The notes under the pieces are model-generated. The model worked only from the letters and a program-made list of their open reading frames with translations. It ran no database searches and had not been told where the DNA came from. Of a stretch of 64,000 bases of DNA, positions 51,868 to 64,000 are shown in pieces. Position numbers and translations under genes: made by a program. Source of the DNA: Eledone cirrhosa (taxonomy: Eukaryota); assembly GCA_964016885.1 (NCBI GenBank), contig OZ024744.1, forward strand, positions 49,352,001 through 49,416,000. Direction: 5' to 3'. Within the stretch, counting starts at the first letter, position 1, and every line of letters begins with the position of its first letter.

Positions 51868-51918
<51 letters not shown>

Positions 51919-51920
51919 TA

Positions 51921-51951
<31 letters not shown>

Positions 51952-51999
51952 CATACATATATATAGAAAGGATCGACTTTCGTCAAATCGGACCGAAGA

Positions 52000-52182
52000 A
52001 ACAATGTTTCCATTGGTCTTTCCAATTGCTAATACTATCTATCGGTCGCAACTGCAGGTAGAAGGAGCAACGTAAAATAAAGTCTCTTGCTCAAGGACAT
52101 AACACATCGCTCGGCCCGGGAATCGAACTCACAGTCTCACGATTGTGAATCCAATTCTCTAACAACTCAGCCACATGCCTTC
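52000..52182 (-). mobile_element. tRNA-SINE
   Basis: Minus strand: tggctgagttg / gagttcgattccc boxes, gtccttgagcaagagactt. Confidence 0.75.
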
Positions 52183-52408
52183 ATATATATACATACACAC
52201 ATACATACATAACTACATACATACATATGACTGAACTTGGATTTGCGAACAAAGAGCGCAGCTCCCTAATTCATAGTCTACAAATGGCTGCGATAGCTGG
52301 TACTTTTCAATTGCGATTCAAGGGATGACAATTTCTTTTCTTTTACAACCTTGCCACCAGGAAGGTGGTCGGTCAAAAGAATATTCTCGAAATTAAGAGA
52401 AAGAGATA

Positions 52409-52465
<57 letters not shown>

Positions 52466-52468
<3 letters not shown>

Positions 52469-55110
52469 ATAATAATAAATTTGAAGACTAAAATCCAAAG
52501 AGGGCTCGATAAGGATAAATATATATCAAATATATAAGAACCGTAGAGCAAATATTTATTAAAATAACAGATTAAAGTTTAAGCAAAGAATCGCTGCTTT
52601 CACCCTTAACGGGATCTTCTGAAACTAACAAAGTCAATCTGTAAACGCAGAACTGGATATTTCTAAAAACGTTGCAACCGGAGGAAGACAGGAAGACGAT
52701 ACTTTGGTTCGTGGGAACGTTCGCTGGCAAAGAACGGGAAAAAACGAATAATACGTCATTAATAGGAGCGGTGAAAAACAATTACGCACAAAGACAGAAC
52801 CACGTTTATGGTATAAAAGAGGTCGTAGACTAATGTTCTCTTAGGTGGTGCTTAGAGACGTTCTCTGGCAATGAACGAAAAAAACGAAGATAATACGTCA
52901 TATGTGGATCGTAGAGAACAATAGCACGCAAAGACAAAACCACGTAAATGGTATAGCAGAAGTCGTAGACCAAATGAATCTCCGCTACAGAGTTAAGAAC
53001 AAAGTAAATAAATACAATACAGAAGTAATAGAAATAAATAAATACATACACGCAAACAAATACGTACATACATAAGCATACGCAAAACCTTACCATAGGT
53101 ATACAAAACGACGCACATATAAATATGTGTGTGTGTGTATGTGTGTATACAAATAAATAAATAATTATATAAACGTATATAAATAAATACTTACATAACA
53201 AGCGCACACACACACCCACATATAAATACACGAATGTTCGGAGACGTAAGTCAACTAAAACAAGAAGTACACAAATACACACACCCACCATACGTACGAA
53301 CCTGCATACTCACACAGACGCAAAACTCCCGTATACACATAGCCAAACCCTATGTACCAGAATATAAAATTATACGCCATAACAATCAAATATACGTACG
53401 AAAAGGTATACGTACCTTCACAAAACATACGGGTAATATATACTTACCTATGCAAATAAGTAAAGGAATAAACAAAACATATACTTAGCTCCCACATCAA
53501 GACGTAAAATATCCACGTATAGATCGTACTATCCGTTAGGGTATAACGTGGGGCTGTAATACAGGAAAGTTTTGTGCAATTTATGTTTGCAAGCCGAAAT
53601 TGCCTCAGATTTTTTGTTTAAGATGTGGTCTGTGGCGAAAAGAATGGGTATGCATGTAAAGACGCTGCTTGAAACTATTGGCGGTTAACCCTATGTAGGC
53701 CCTACGGGACGTGGGTGTTACAACCTTACATTTGTAGACAATGTTATTAGAGAGGCAATTCCCGGATAGGGGGCAATTACAATTAGTACTAACTACATGG
53801 TTGCACGTGTTCCTACGGCTAGGTAGTTTAGCTAAATTTGAAGCTGTGATGTTATGTGCAAGGTTAGGAGTCGTAGAGTAAGACATTTTAATAGTATTTC
53901 TATTAAAAATTTTACTATATTTATGAGTAGAGGGGAAATGCTTCGTAATAAGGGAAAGAAAGATCTTAGCTAATGGTGTGGCCACCTCCATATTATATGG
54001 TGGGTTATACCAACAAATGCGACCGGATCTATTTCTTCTAGGTCTATTTTCGTACTCTGTATATGCTACCTTATCGACAAATCCACTTTGAGCAAGAGCT
54101 TCATTGTAATAAGTGGAATGGTCGTTGAAAATACGCTCGTTGGTGGAAAGACGGGAAAGCCTCAACGAAACGTTTCTTACCAGGTTCTTGGTTATGCTGG
54201 CAGGATGGTTGGAATGCTTACTTATGTAATTAAGCGTATCATTCGGCTTTCTATACGGGTAATACAACCCATTCAATAAATTGAGGGCAACGTCGAGGTA
54301 ATTAACGACTGAGAGATTGGCCTCAACCTGTATAGAGAGGTTGAAGCCTTTAAAGAAGGCTGTGAGTTCTTTTCTGAACCTGTCGCAAGCACGAGGTCCG
54401 CACTTAGTCATGGTCAAAAGACCATCGTCACGGTACAAACCACCGCCCGCGTTGGGGAATTCGTCCTTGATAGAGAAAAGAAGGAAAAGGCCAATAAGAT
54501 CAGTAACCTCCGCAGAGTCACTGGCGCCCAAACTCACGTCGAATGAGGTACTATTGGATTTTTTAATCCAAATAGAGTCGTCGAAATTAATCACCGACTT
54601 ACGGGCATTGAGGATGACATCAACTTCGAAATCCTTAACCACTGTGAGTGTTTTAGCGAAATTGATAGCTCTAAGGAGAAGTGGTAAAGTGATGGAGGAG
54701 TAGTAATTGTTGATGTCGAATTGGATAAAACGGCAATGTTCCTTGTTACCTATGCCGTTGAACCAATCAATCACCGCGAAAGAATTGTTCCACAGTGCGA
54801 GAGGGGCCAAACTACTAATTTCAGGTATAATTCTATCAAGAATCGTTTTACTAAGTCTACCTAAATCGGACTTCGTAGGGTTAATAAGCCGAATAGAGGG
54901 GTTGTTCGGAAAATTGGATTTGTGATCCTTCAGGGTAAAGTGAGGGAGAAATAGGGTCCAGAGGTTCGGTCCAGTCCAGGATGTTGAGATCAGATGTGAT
55001 TTTAAACCCAGCATCGTTGATTTCATTGATGACGCACCGATTAGTTTTACGGTAATCCTTAGTTACAGCATTATGTAGTAGTTTTGCTTAAACTTTAATC
55101 TGTTATTTTA

Positions 55111-55115
<5 letters not shown>
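52466..55115 (-). mobile_element. Naiad-type Penelope-like element, 5'-truncated, in a TA tract
   Basis: ORF 53605-55026: LKDHKSNFPNNPSIRLINPTKS, FDI, YRDD, IVYKC..YIG. GIY-YIG C-terminus deleted relative to copy 2; short inverted terminal arm at 55083-55115. Confidence 0.9.
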
Positions 55116-55180
<65 letters not shown>

Positions 55181-55182
<2 letters not shown>

Positions 55183-56204
55183 TAGACACGCAGTGACTAA
55201 CAACAGAATGTTGTCTGACAATATATGCGTAGCTTGTGAATACAAGATTCAAGGGGTATCGCTGGGCGTGGCGATTCCTTCCAAACATGTTTTGTAATGT
55301 ATCATCTTATTGGCTAATTTCATCGTCTTATTGGCTAATCAACCAACGAGAGTAATTGTTGCCCAAAAGCGTTTTGTTTGCACGTTTATTTATCGTTTCG
55401 CTTTCGAATCTCTCTCCTGTATTTTGTCGTTTTATCATCAAAATATTTTTCTCGTTTTGGTAAGTTATATTGTTAATTTATATATGATTTTTTAAATTTA
55501 TATTAACTATTTTTTTTCAGTTCGTTATAACATGCTTAGAATATTGGTTGTATCATATTTACTTGCATATATGTCCATATTATTGTTGTTTTATGTTAGA
55601 TTATTTTATTATTATTATGTTAGATTATTTTTTTAATTATTATGTTAGACTATTTGTATGTAATATTTAATTTTTATTAATTCAACTATAACAATTATTA
55701 TGTAAAATCTATTTATTTAATATTGATTATTTTTTGTAGTTGTTTATATTAAAAGTCTTAAAATATTTTTATACATCTTGCAATAATATTTATAAGATCA
55801 TTTATAAAATAACAATTATATAATCTAATTACATTACAACGATAATTTATTATTAATATATATCATGTTTAACTAGAGTTATTACAAGCGTTGCCTTAAA
55901 AAAATATTAAACTAGACCTAAAAAATGCGCAAGCTCAAAAGAGCCACAGAATGTTATAATAAACCTTCAAAATTGTGGGACTAGAGTTGTTGCTCAAAAA
56001 ATATTGTAATCATTATCTATCGTACACTCTGTGGGATCCTTTTATAAAAAAGAGACTCATAACGAACTCAAGATGACACGATAATTATTTAAGTGATTTT
56101 ATAATATAGAATTCGGTGTAAGTGCATTTCGTATTAATCATTACTAAACATCTAATATGAGATATTGAACATTAGCTTAAATAATTATTGTGTCGTCCTG
56201 AGTT
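55181..56204. mobile_element. Second copy of the 2510-3639 element, right arm truncated
   Basis: Direct alignment. Confidence 0.85.
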
Positions 56205-56594
56205 CTAGTACAGCGTTCCTTTGTCAGTGTTGAACAAACGAGCAACGATGGTTGCTAGACACTATGGCTTAATACGGGATGTTTGTTTACAAACACACCG
56301 AGCATTATAATAAATGTTCGGTGAATCCATACGTACATATATATATATGTGTGCATGTATGTATATATATATACATACTACTACGTCTGTATACATATAT
56401 GTATGTACGTGTACATACTTATATTTAAGTAACAGCGGTACTAAAAATGGGAAATGAAATTTCGTTTCATTTTTTCCCTTTTTCGTTTTCGGTGCACCCG
56501 GCCGATTAACCCACTCGATATGCAAATTGGGCTACTCAGCCGTTAATATGCATAAGGTAAGTATATACGTTCAACAAACTGGCAGGAAGGTATA

Positions 56595-56635
56595 CGTTGC
56601 TGACGATAGCTAATAAGCTTGAAACTAGTACAGCG
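56595..56635 (+). ncRNA. Minimal type I hammerhead ribozyme
   Basis: cgttg CTGACGA t agct aata agct t GAAA ctag TA cagcg. Confidence 0.82.
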
Positions 56636-57020
56636 TTCCTTTGTCAGTGTTGAACAAACGAGCAACGATGGTTGCTAGACACTATGGCTTAATACGGGAT
56701 GTTTGTTTACAAACACACCGAGCATTACAATAAATGTTCGGTGAATCCATACGTACATATATATATATGTGTGCCTGTATGTATATATATATATATATAT
56801 TAATACTACTGTACGTCTGTATGCATATATGTACGTGTACATACTTATATTTAAGTAACAGCCGTAGTAAGAGTGGGAAATGAAATTTCGTTTCATTTTT
56901 TCCGTTTATCGTTTTCGGTGCACCCGGCCGATTAACCCACTCGATATGCAAATTGGGCTACTCAGCCGTTAATATGCATAAGGTAAGTATATACGTTCAA
57001 CAATCTGGCAGGAAGGTATA

Positions 57021-57061
57021 CGTTGCTGACGATAGCTAATAAGCTTGAAACTAGTACAGCG
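57021..57061 (+). ncRNA. Minimal type I hammerhead ribozyme (identical copy)
   Basis: Same sequence as 56595-56635. Confidence 0.82.
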
Positions 57062-57606
57062 TTCCTTTGTCAGTGTTGAACAAACGAGCAACGATGGTTG
57101 CTAGACACTATGGCTTAATACGGGATGTTTGTTTACAAACACACCGAGCATTACAATAAATGTTCGGTGAATCCATACGTACATATATATATGTGTGCAT
57201 GTATGTCTGTATATATATACATACTACTGTACGTCTGTATGCATGTATGTATGTACGTGTACATACTTATATTTAAGTAACAGCCGTACTAAGAGTGGGA
57301 AATGAAATTTCGTTTCAATTTTTCCGTTTATATATCCTAAACGGACGGTAGTCCGTTTAGTAATATTGTTGTGGTCGTGTTTTCGTTGGCAATCGTCTGT
57401 TTACGACAGTACAGTGCGGCTCTCCTTTATTTAACTGAGATAAAACTTATATGAGCATGAACATTAGATCATTACGCATCTTTTGGCTTAAAAATCTAGA
57501 AATTTGGTCCAGCGGGAAAAAGTTTATAATCAAAGTTTGCTGATAAATCTTGTGTTCAAGTGAGTGAGTAGTAAGCGTGACGCTAGGGGAGGTAATCCAG
57601 AAATGA

Positions 57607-57792
57607 CGACGTTTGGAAAATTTTAATTACTGCATGAAAGAAATGATTAAAAAATTGAACTTGCCCAATCTTCACAACGTTGAAAATTGGTCAAAATTTG
57701 ACAAATCTGACTTCAAACCAGATATGATTCATTTGAACAATGTTGGAAATCTTAAATTGACACAAATTTTTGCCAATGTTTTTGCCACCTGA
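57607..57792 (+). pseudogene. SGNH/GDSL-hydrolase-like C-terminal fragment
   Basis: RLENFNYCMKEMIKKLNLPNLHNVENWSKFDKSDFKPDMIHLNNVGNLKLTQIF: DxxH-N-x-x-G block V pattern; stops upstream. Confidence 0.55.
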
Positions 57793-57972
57793 TCCTTGTT
57801 CTATGGCTGACTGACTAATTTTGTGACTTAATAAAATGTCATCATACTAGTAATGCACAATGGTCATTTTTAAATTTAAATTTTATTAAATAGTTGTTGC
57901 TTGCATTGCCTTAAAATAGTAACAAGAATGTACACATACTTTTTAAAAATACATACTTATCAGTCAAATCAG

Positions 57973-58332
57973 TCAAATGTCACTGAAAGCCAGGTGGTCG
58001 ATAACAACTTCTATAAGATTAGTTACATGCTCACACATTGGATCACCTCTCATCAATGGCATTGGGTGTCTGAAATAATCGTGGAGATAACTGATGAAGT
58101 CACAAAATAAGTGATGGTCTTCCAGTGTGAACAACTCCCTATATCCATTGATATATGTGATGGCTTCCGATTCATAGGTGCATTTTATGAGGAATTCCAT
58201 GCATCCGATTTTCAGTGATTCAATGGGCATTTTATCAGGGATGATAAGGTATTTGACCACGTTTTGCTTTGTAAGTAAATTGGAGAGAATCACTGCAGTC
58301 AAAGTCATTTCTTTGCATGGGTTTTTGTCCAT
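57973..58332 (-). CDS. Hypothetical 119-aa protein
   Basis: Complex-composition ORF; acceptor-like ttttaactttttag immediately before the ATG; AATAAA on minus at ~57885. Confidence 0.4.
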   Translation of the reverse strand: MDKNPCKEMTLTAVILSNLLTKQNVVKYLIIPDKMPIESLKIGCMEFLIKCTYESEAITYINGYRELFTLEDHHLFCDFISYLHDYFRHPMPLMRGDPMCEHVTNLIEVVIDHLAFSDI

Positions 58333-58655
58333 TCTAAAAAGTTAAAATGATAAAGTATTACTACTATATAACTTACATCTATTGTTGTAACACCATTGAA
58401 ATGCACAAGTTTCACCAATTCACTATTATGCACTAATCATCTCAAATGCATTCATGATTTACTAGCTTTGTCATTAAGCCAGTTGCCTCAACTAGATTGC
58501 AATTATACTCAAAAGAACTTTAAAATGTCAATCACTTGTCAGTAATTCACTATGATCATTTAATTATTAGATAGTTGTTGCTTGCATTACCTTAACAAAT
58601 AGTAGACCAGATAGAAAAATACGTACAGCAAAAAAAAGTAATATTGTTGGAATAT

Positions 58656-58790
58656 AAACCTTTAAAAATACAGGACAAGAAACTAAAATAAAACTTTTAA
58701 AATACAGGACAAGAAACTAAAATAAAACTTTAAAAGAATAGGACAAGAAACTAAGATAAAACTTTAAAGAATTGGACAAGAAATAAAAAA
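58656..58790. repeat. About 33-bp tandem repeat, 4 copies
   Basis: aaactttaaaa.tacaggacaagaaactaaaata units. Confidence 0.85.
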
Positions 58791-59229
58791 ATTTACAATA
58801 ATATTAGTGGCAACATTTTTTTATTCGTTTCCTGTGCTATGCCCCAGTATCTTCTTGATTAGTGCATAATAATTGTCATGCTCTCATTGTGCGTTGCCCC
58901 TGAGCGGTTGGTTCTGGTTGGGGTTGGTTGGCTGAGCGGTTCTGCTCCGTCAGAATGACCATTGCAAGAAGAATTGGCCGATGCAGCTGCAGGTCTCCTC
59001 CAATAATGCACTTCTGGTCCCGCAACACCAGACGAAGATGGAGAAGACGACCGGGACAAGATGTCGACTCTGACCACCGACTACGGCACCTCCCTCAACC
59101 ACCGGTCCTCCCTCCCTCTGTCCCGTCATCCCTCCAGTCCTCCTGCCCCCCCTTCCTGTACCAGAAAGCTGTGGCACGCATTTATCTGGTACATATATAT
59201 ATATATACATATATATACATACATATATG

Positions 59230-61349
59230 TTCTCTTAGGTGGTTCATAGAGACGTTCTCTGGCAATGAACGAAAAAAAACGAAGAAAATACGTCATATGT
59301 GGAGCGTGGAGAACAATTACACTCAAAGACAAAACCACGTAAATGGTATAGCAGAAGTCGTAGACTAAAATTCTAACTAGGAGACCGAATGAATCTCCGC
59401 TCCAGAGTTAAGAACAAAGTAAATAAATACAATACAGAAGTAATAGAAATTAAATAAATACATACACGCATACAAATACGTACATACACAAGCATACGCG
59501 AAAACACTACCATAGGTATACAAAACCACGCATATATAAATATGTGTGTGTGTGTGTATGCGTGTATACAAATAAATAAATAATTAAATAAACGTATATA
59601 AACAAATAAATACGTATATAACAAGCGCACACACATACCTACATGTAAATACACAAATATTCGTAGACGTACACATATACACACACCCTACATACGTACG
59701 AACCTGCATACTTACACAGACGCAAACGCCCATATACACATAACCAAACCATATGTACCAGAATATATTAAATTATACGCCATAACATATACAATCAAAT
59801 ATACGTACGAGAAGGTATACGTACCTTCACAGAACATACAGGTAATATATACTTACCTAAGCAAATAAGTAATGGTATAAAGAAAACATATACTTAGCTA
59901 CCATATCAAGACGTAAAATATCCACGTATAGATCGTTCTATCCGTTCGGGTATAACGTGGGGCTGTAATACAGGAAAGTTTTGTGCAATTTATGTTTACA
60001 AGCCGAAATTGCCTCAGATTTTTTGTTTAAGATGTGGTCTGTGGCGTAGAGTATTTTCAGGGCCTCAGCGGCGCAGAGGTCACATGGTCTTTTATTTCCG
60101 TTATACGATCTAGCCCTAGCTAGGATCTCCCAGTGTAACTTATATTGGGTGTGGTTGTCTTTTAGACTCCAGATATAAGCTGAAAGTGACGTCATATTCC
60201 TTCTTAGAGGGTAACGAAATGAATGGGCATGCATGTAAAGACGCTGCTTGAATCTATTGGCGGTTAACCCTATGTAGGCCCTACGGGACGTGGGTGTTTC
60301 AACCTTACATTTGTAGACAATGTTACTAGAGAGGCATTTCCCGGATAGGGGGCAATCAACCCGATTCCTACAATTACAGTTAGTACTAACTACAGGGTTG
60401 CACGTGTTCCTACGGCTAGGTAGTTTAGCTAAATTGGAAGCTATGATGTTATGTGCAAGGTTAGGAGTCGTAGAGTAAGAAATTTTAATAGTATTTCTAT
60501 TAAAAATTTTACTATATTTATGTGTAGGGGGAAAATGCTTCGTAATAAGGGAAAGAAAGATCTTAGCTAATGGTGTGGCCACCTCCATATTAAATGGTGG
60601 GTTATACCAACAAATGCGACGGGATCTATTTCTTCTAGGTCTATTTTCGTACTCTGTATATGCTACTTTATCGACAAATCCACTCCGAGCAAGAGCTTCA
60701 TTGTAATAAGTGGAATGGTCGTTGAAAATATGCTCGTTAGTAGATAGACGGGAAAGCCTCAACGAAACGTTTCTTACCAGGTTCTTGGTTATGCTGGCAG
60801 GAGGGTTGGAATGCTTACTTATGTAATTAAGCGAATCATTCGGCTTTCTATACGGGTAATAAATTGAGGGTAACGTCGAGGTAATTAACGACCGAGAGAT
60901 TGGCCTCAACCTGTATAGAGAGGTTGAAGCCTTTAAAGAAGGCTGTGAGTTCTTTTCTCAACCTGTTGCAAGCACGAGGTCCGCACATAGTCATGGTCAA
61001 AAGACCATCATCACGGTACAAACCATCGCCCGAGTTGGGGAATTCGTCCTTGATAGAGAAAAGAAGGAAAAAACCGATAAGATCAGTAAACTCCGCAGAA
61101 TCGCTGGCGCCCATACTCACGTCGAATGGGGTACTATTGGAACGTTTTTTGAAATATCCACTTCTGCGTTTACAGATTGACTTTGTTAGTTTCAGAAGAT
61201 CCCGTTAAGGGTGAAATCAGCGATTCTTTGCTTAAACTTTAATCTGTTATTTTAATAAATATTTGCTCTACGGTTCTTATATATTTGATATATATTTATC
61301 CTTATCGAACCCTCTTTGGTTTTTAGTCTTCAAATTTATTATTATTACT
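59230..61349. mobile_element. Naiad-type PLE copy 2: ORF part on minus, 3' terminus on plus
   Basis: ORFs 59938-60909 and 60848-61120 (YRDD, CNCRNRVDCPL, GIY-YIG, CDLC...CKH); 61141-61349 is the reverse complement of 52466-52675. Confidence 0.9.
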
Positions 61350-61361
61350 ATATACATATAT

Positions 61362-61419
<58 letters not shown>

Positions 61420-61554
61420 GCCCCGGAATATAGCTAAACTGGAATATACACCTTTTTTCTGCATTTCGTTGAGCACCACTCTGTTGTAAGCTGACATTCC
61501 ACTACACGGTACATAACACAGTGTGCTGGAAAACATTAATGCACTCGTGCATAT

Positions 61555-62421
<867 letters not shown>

Positions 62422-62785
62422 TTTCGTTTCTGAATTTGTTTAGCAAGATTCTTTGTCTGAAAACGTGTGTTGAAACCGATGTTGTTATACTTTGGGAGGG
62501 TCATGTTGCCAATAAGAAACACATGCACCAGTTGCTTTCACTTCAATTTATTATAATAAATTTATAAATTTAGAAATTTAGACATTTCCGGTTGGTTGGA
62601 TGGTTCCACAACCAGATGGTTGTATATATATTGTCAAAGTTCTTTCGTCACACATTCTGTTAGCTCTTCAGTGACTGGGGCTTCTTTTCTTTGTTTTTGT
62701 GCCTCTCCTTTGTTCTGTCCTACGCCATCTTGTTTCTGTGTGTGTGTTTCTTATTGGCAACATGACCCTCCCAAAGTATAACAAT
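62422..62785 (-). mobile_element. PLE-derived foldback (51170-51540 family)
   Basis: Tail 62422-62480, long arm with HHR ~62633-62675, short inverted arm 62740-62785. Confidence 0.87.
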
Positions 62786-62788
62786 ATA

Positions 62789-62820
<32 letters not shown>

Positions 62821-62822
62821 CC

Positions 62823-62859
<37 letters not shown>

Positions 62860-62871
62860 CTATATATATAC

Positions 62872-62936
<65 letters not shown>

Positions 62937-62941
62937 ATACC

Positions 62942-63005
<64 letters not shown>

Positions 63006-63079
63006 CATAATACCTATATATATACCTATATATATATATATGAGGTATAAGAATCAAAGAACTGTTCAAAACATTATTG

Positions 63080-63126
63080 TGCTTACAGCTGTTTCCTCCA
63101 AACCGAGGTTTGGATTCTTCGGAGCA
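63080..63126 (-). ncRNA. Hammerhead motif with CCGAAGA core variant
   Basis: Minus strand: tgct CCGAAGA a tccaaacc tc ggtttgga g GAAA cagctg TA agca. Confidence 0.65.
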
Positions 63127-63506
63127 ATTTATTAATGCATGGACAGTTATATGACCTCCTTTTCAGCCGAGAGACATACCAATACATATTAAAACATTGA
63201 TACATATTCAAACATTGTGGGTCAACATTCATTACAGAATTTAGAGTGGCAGTACACACTTCGAGATTACATTTATATTAATAGGTACAATCAAAAATCA
63301 AAAATATAGGTTAAAATACAACATGGAGATAAGCGGTTATATAGTGCAAATGCTCTGTAAATCATCTGATGTTTTTACATTGAGCTACTTAACTTACTGG
63401 TAATAAGGTAGTAATACATTACTGCCTACCACTATTTAGGGTGTGTGTAAAATACTTATAACTGCTTAAGGTTTTGTATTTACATAACCATAAATAGTAT
63501 AACTAA

Positions 63507-63579
<73 letters not shown>

Positions 63580-63584
63580 ATACC

Positions 63585-63634
<50 letters not shown>

Positions 63635-63701
63635 GAAGGAAATGTGGTAAGGAACCAGGTGGGCCATAACGCACCAAAGTACTTGGGGTCTTACTTGTTC
63701 C

Positions 63702-63733
<32 letters not shown>

Positions 63734-63823
63734 TATATGTACATATATATATACATATATATATATTTATATATATACATATATATATGTACATATATAT
63801 ATACATATATATATATTTATACA

Positions 63824-63892
<69 letters not shown>

Positions 63893-63917
63893 TTATATAT
63901 ATATTTATATATCTATA

Positions 63918-64000
63918 TTGTTATACTTTGGGAGGGTCATGTTGCCAATAAGAAACACACGCACCAGTTGCTTTCACTTCAATTTATTATATATTTATAA
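63918..64000 (-). mobile_element. Start of another copy of the PLE 3'-end family
   Basis: ttgttatactttgggagggtcatgttgccaataag..., as at 21977. Confidence 0.85.

Larger units (their letters stand above)
56205..57330 (+). mobile_element. Tandem HHR-containing repeat (non-LTR retrozyme-like), ~2.7 units of 420/426 bp
   Basis: Unit starts ctagtacagcg at 56205, 56625 and 57051; an HHR spans each junction. Confidence 0.85.

Noticed and set aside
58656-58790. CRISPR-like 33-bp repeats
   Set aside because: No unique spacers; simple tandem repeat in eukaryotic DNA.
53605-60909. Selenocysteine (in-frame TGA) recoding reported for some Naiads
   Set aside because: The Cys motifs here use normal Cys codons; the frame breaks are deletions or frameshifts.

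Overview
AT-rich, microsatellite-dense animal genomic DNA. The RTE LINE, SINE and (TA)n landscape suggests a cephalopod such as Octopus (inference). One host gene is clear: a minus-strand M14B metallocarboxypeptidase (CPM-like). Six in-phase GT-AG coding exons lie between 22973 and 852, the catalytic residues are intact, and the 3' end runs off the window. Most other sequence is transposon-derived: RTE, CR1, Tx1/L1, R4/Dong and CRE LINE pieces, a mariner remnant, tRNA-SINEs and several Penelope-like elements (PLEs, including two Naiad-type copies). The most striking signal is an RNA one. About ten hammerhead-ribozyme (HHR) motifs from several unrelated families can be folded by eye. They include a ~420-426 bp tandem array with minimal HHRs at each junction (retrozyme-like, 56205-57330). 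There is also a recurring architecture of (TA)n / short inverted arm / long arm / unique tail / (TA)n foldbacks, two families of which trace directly to PLE 3' ends in this window; one foldback carries a tRNA-like cloverleaf. All folding and alignment was done by eye and TE boundaries are approximate.
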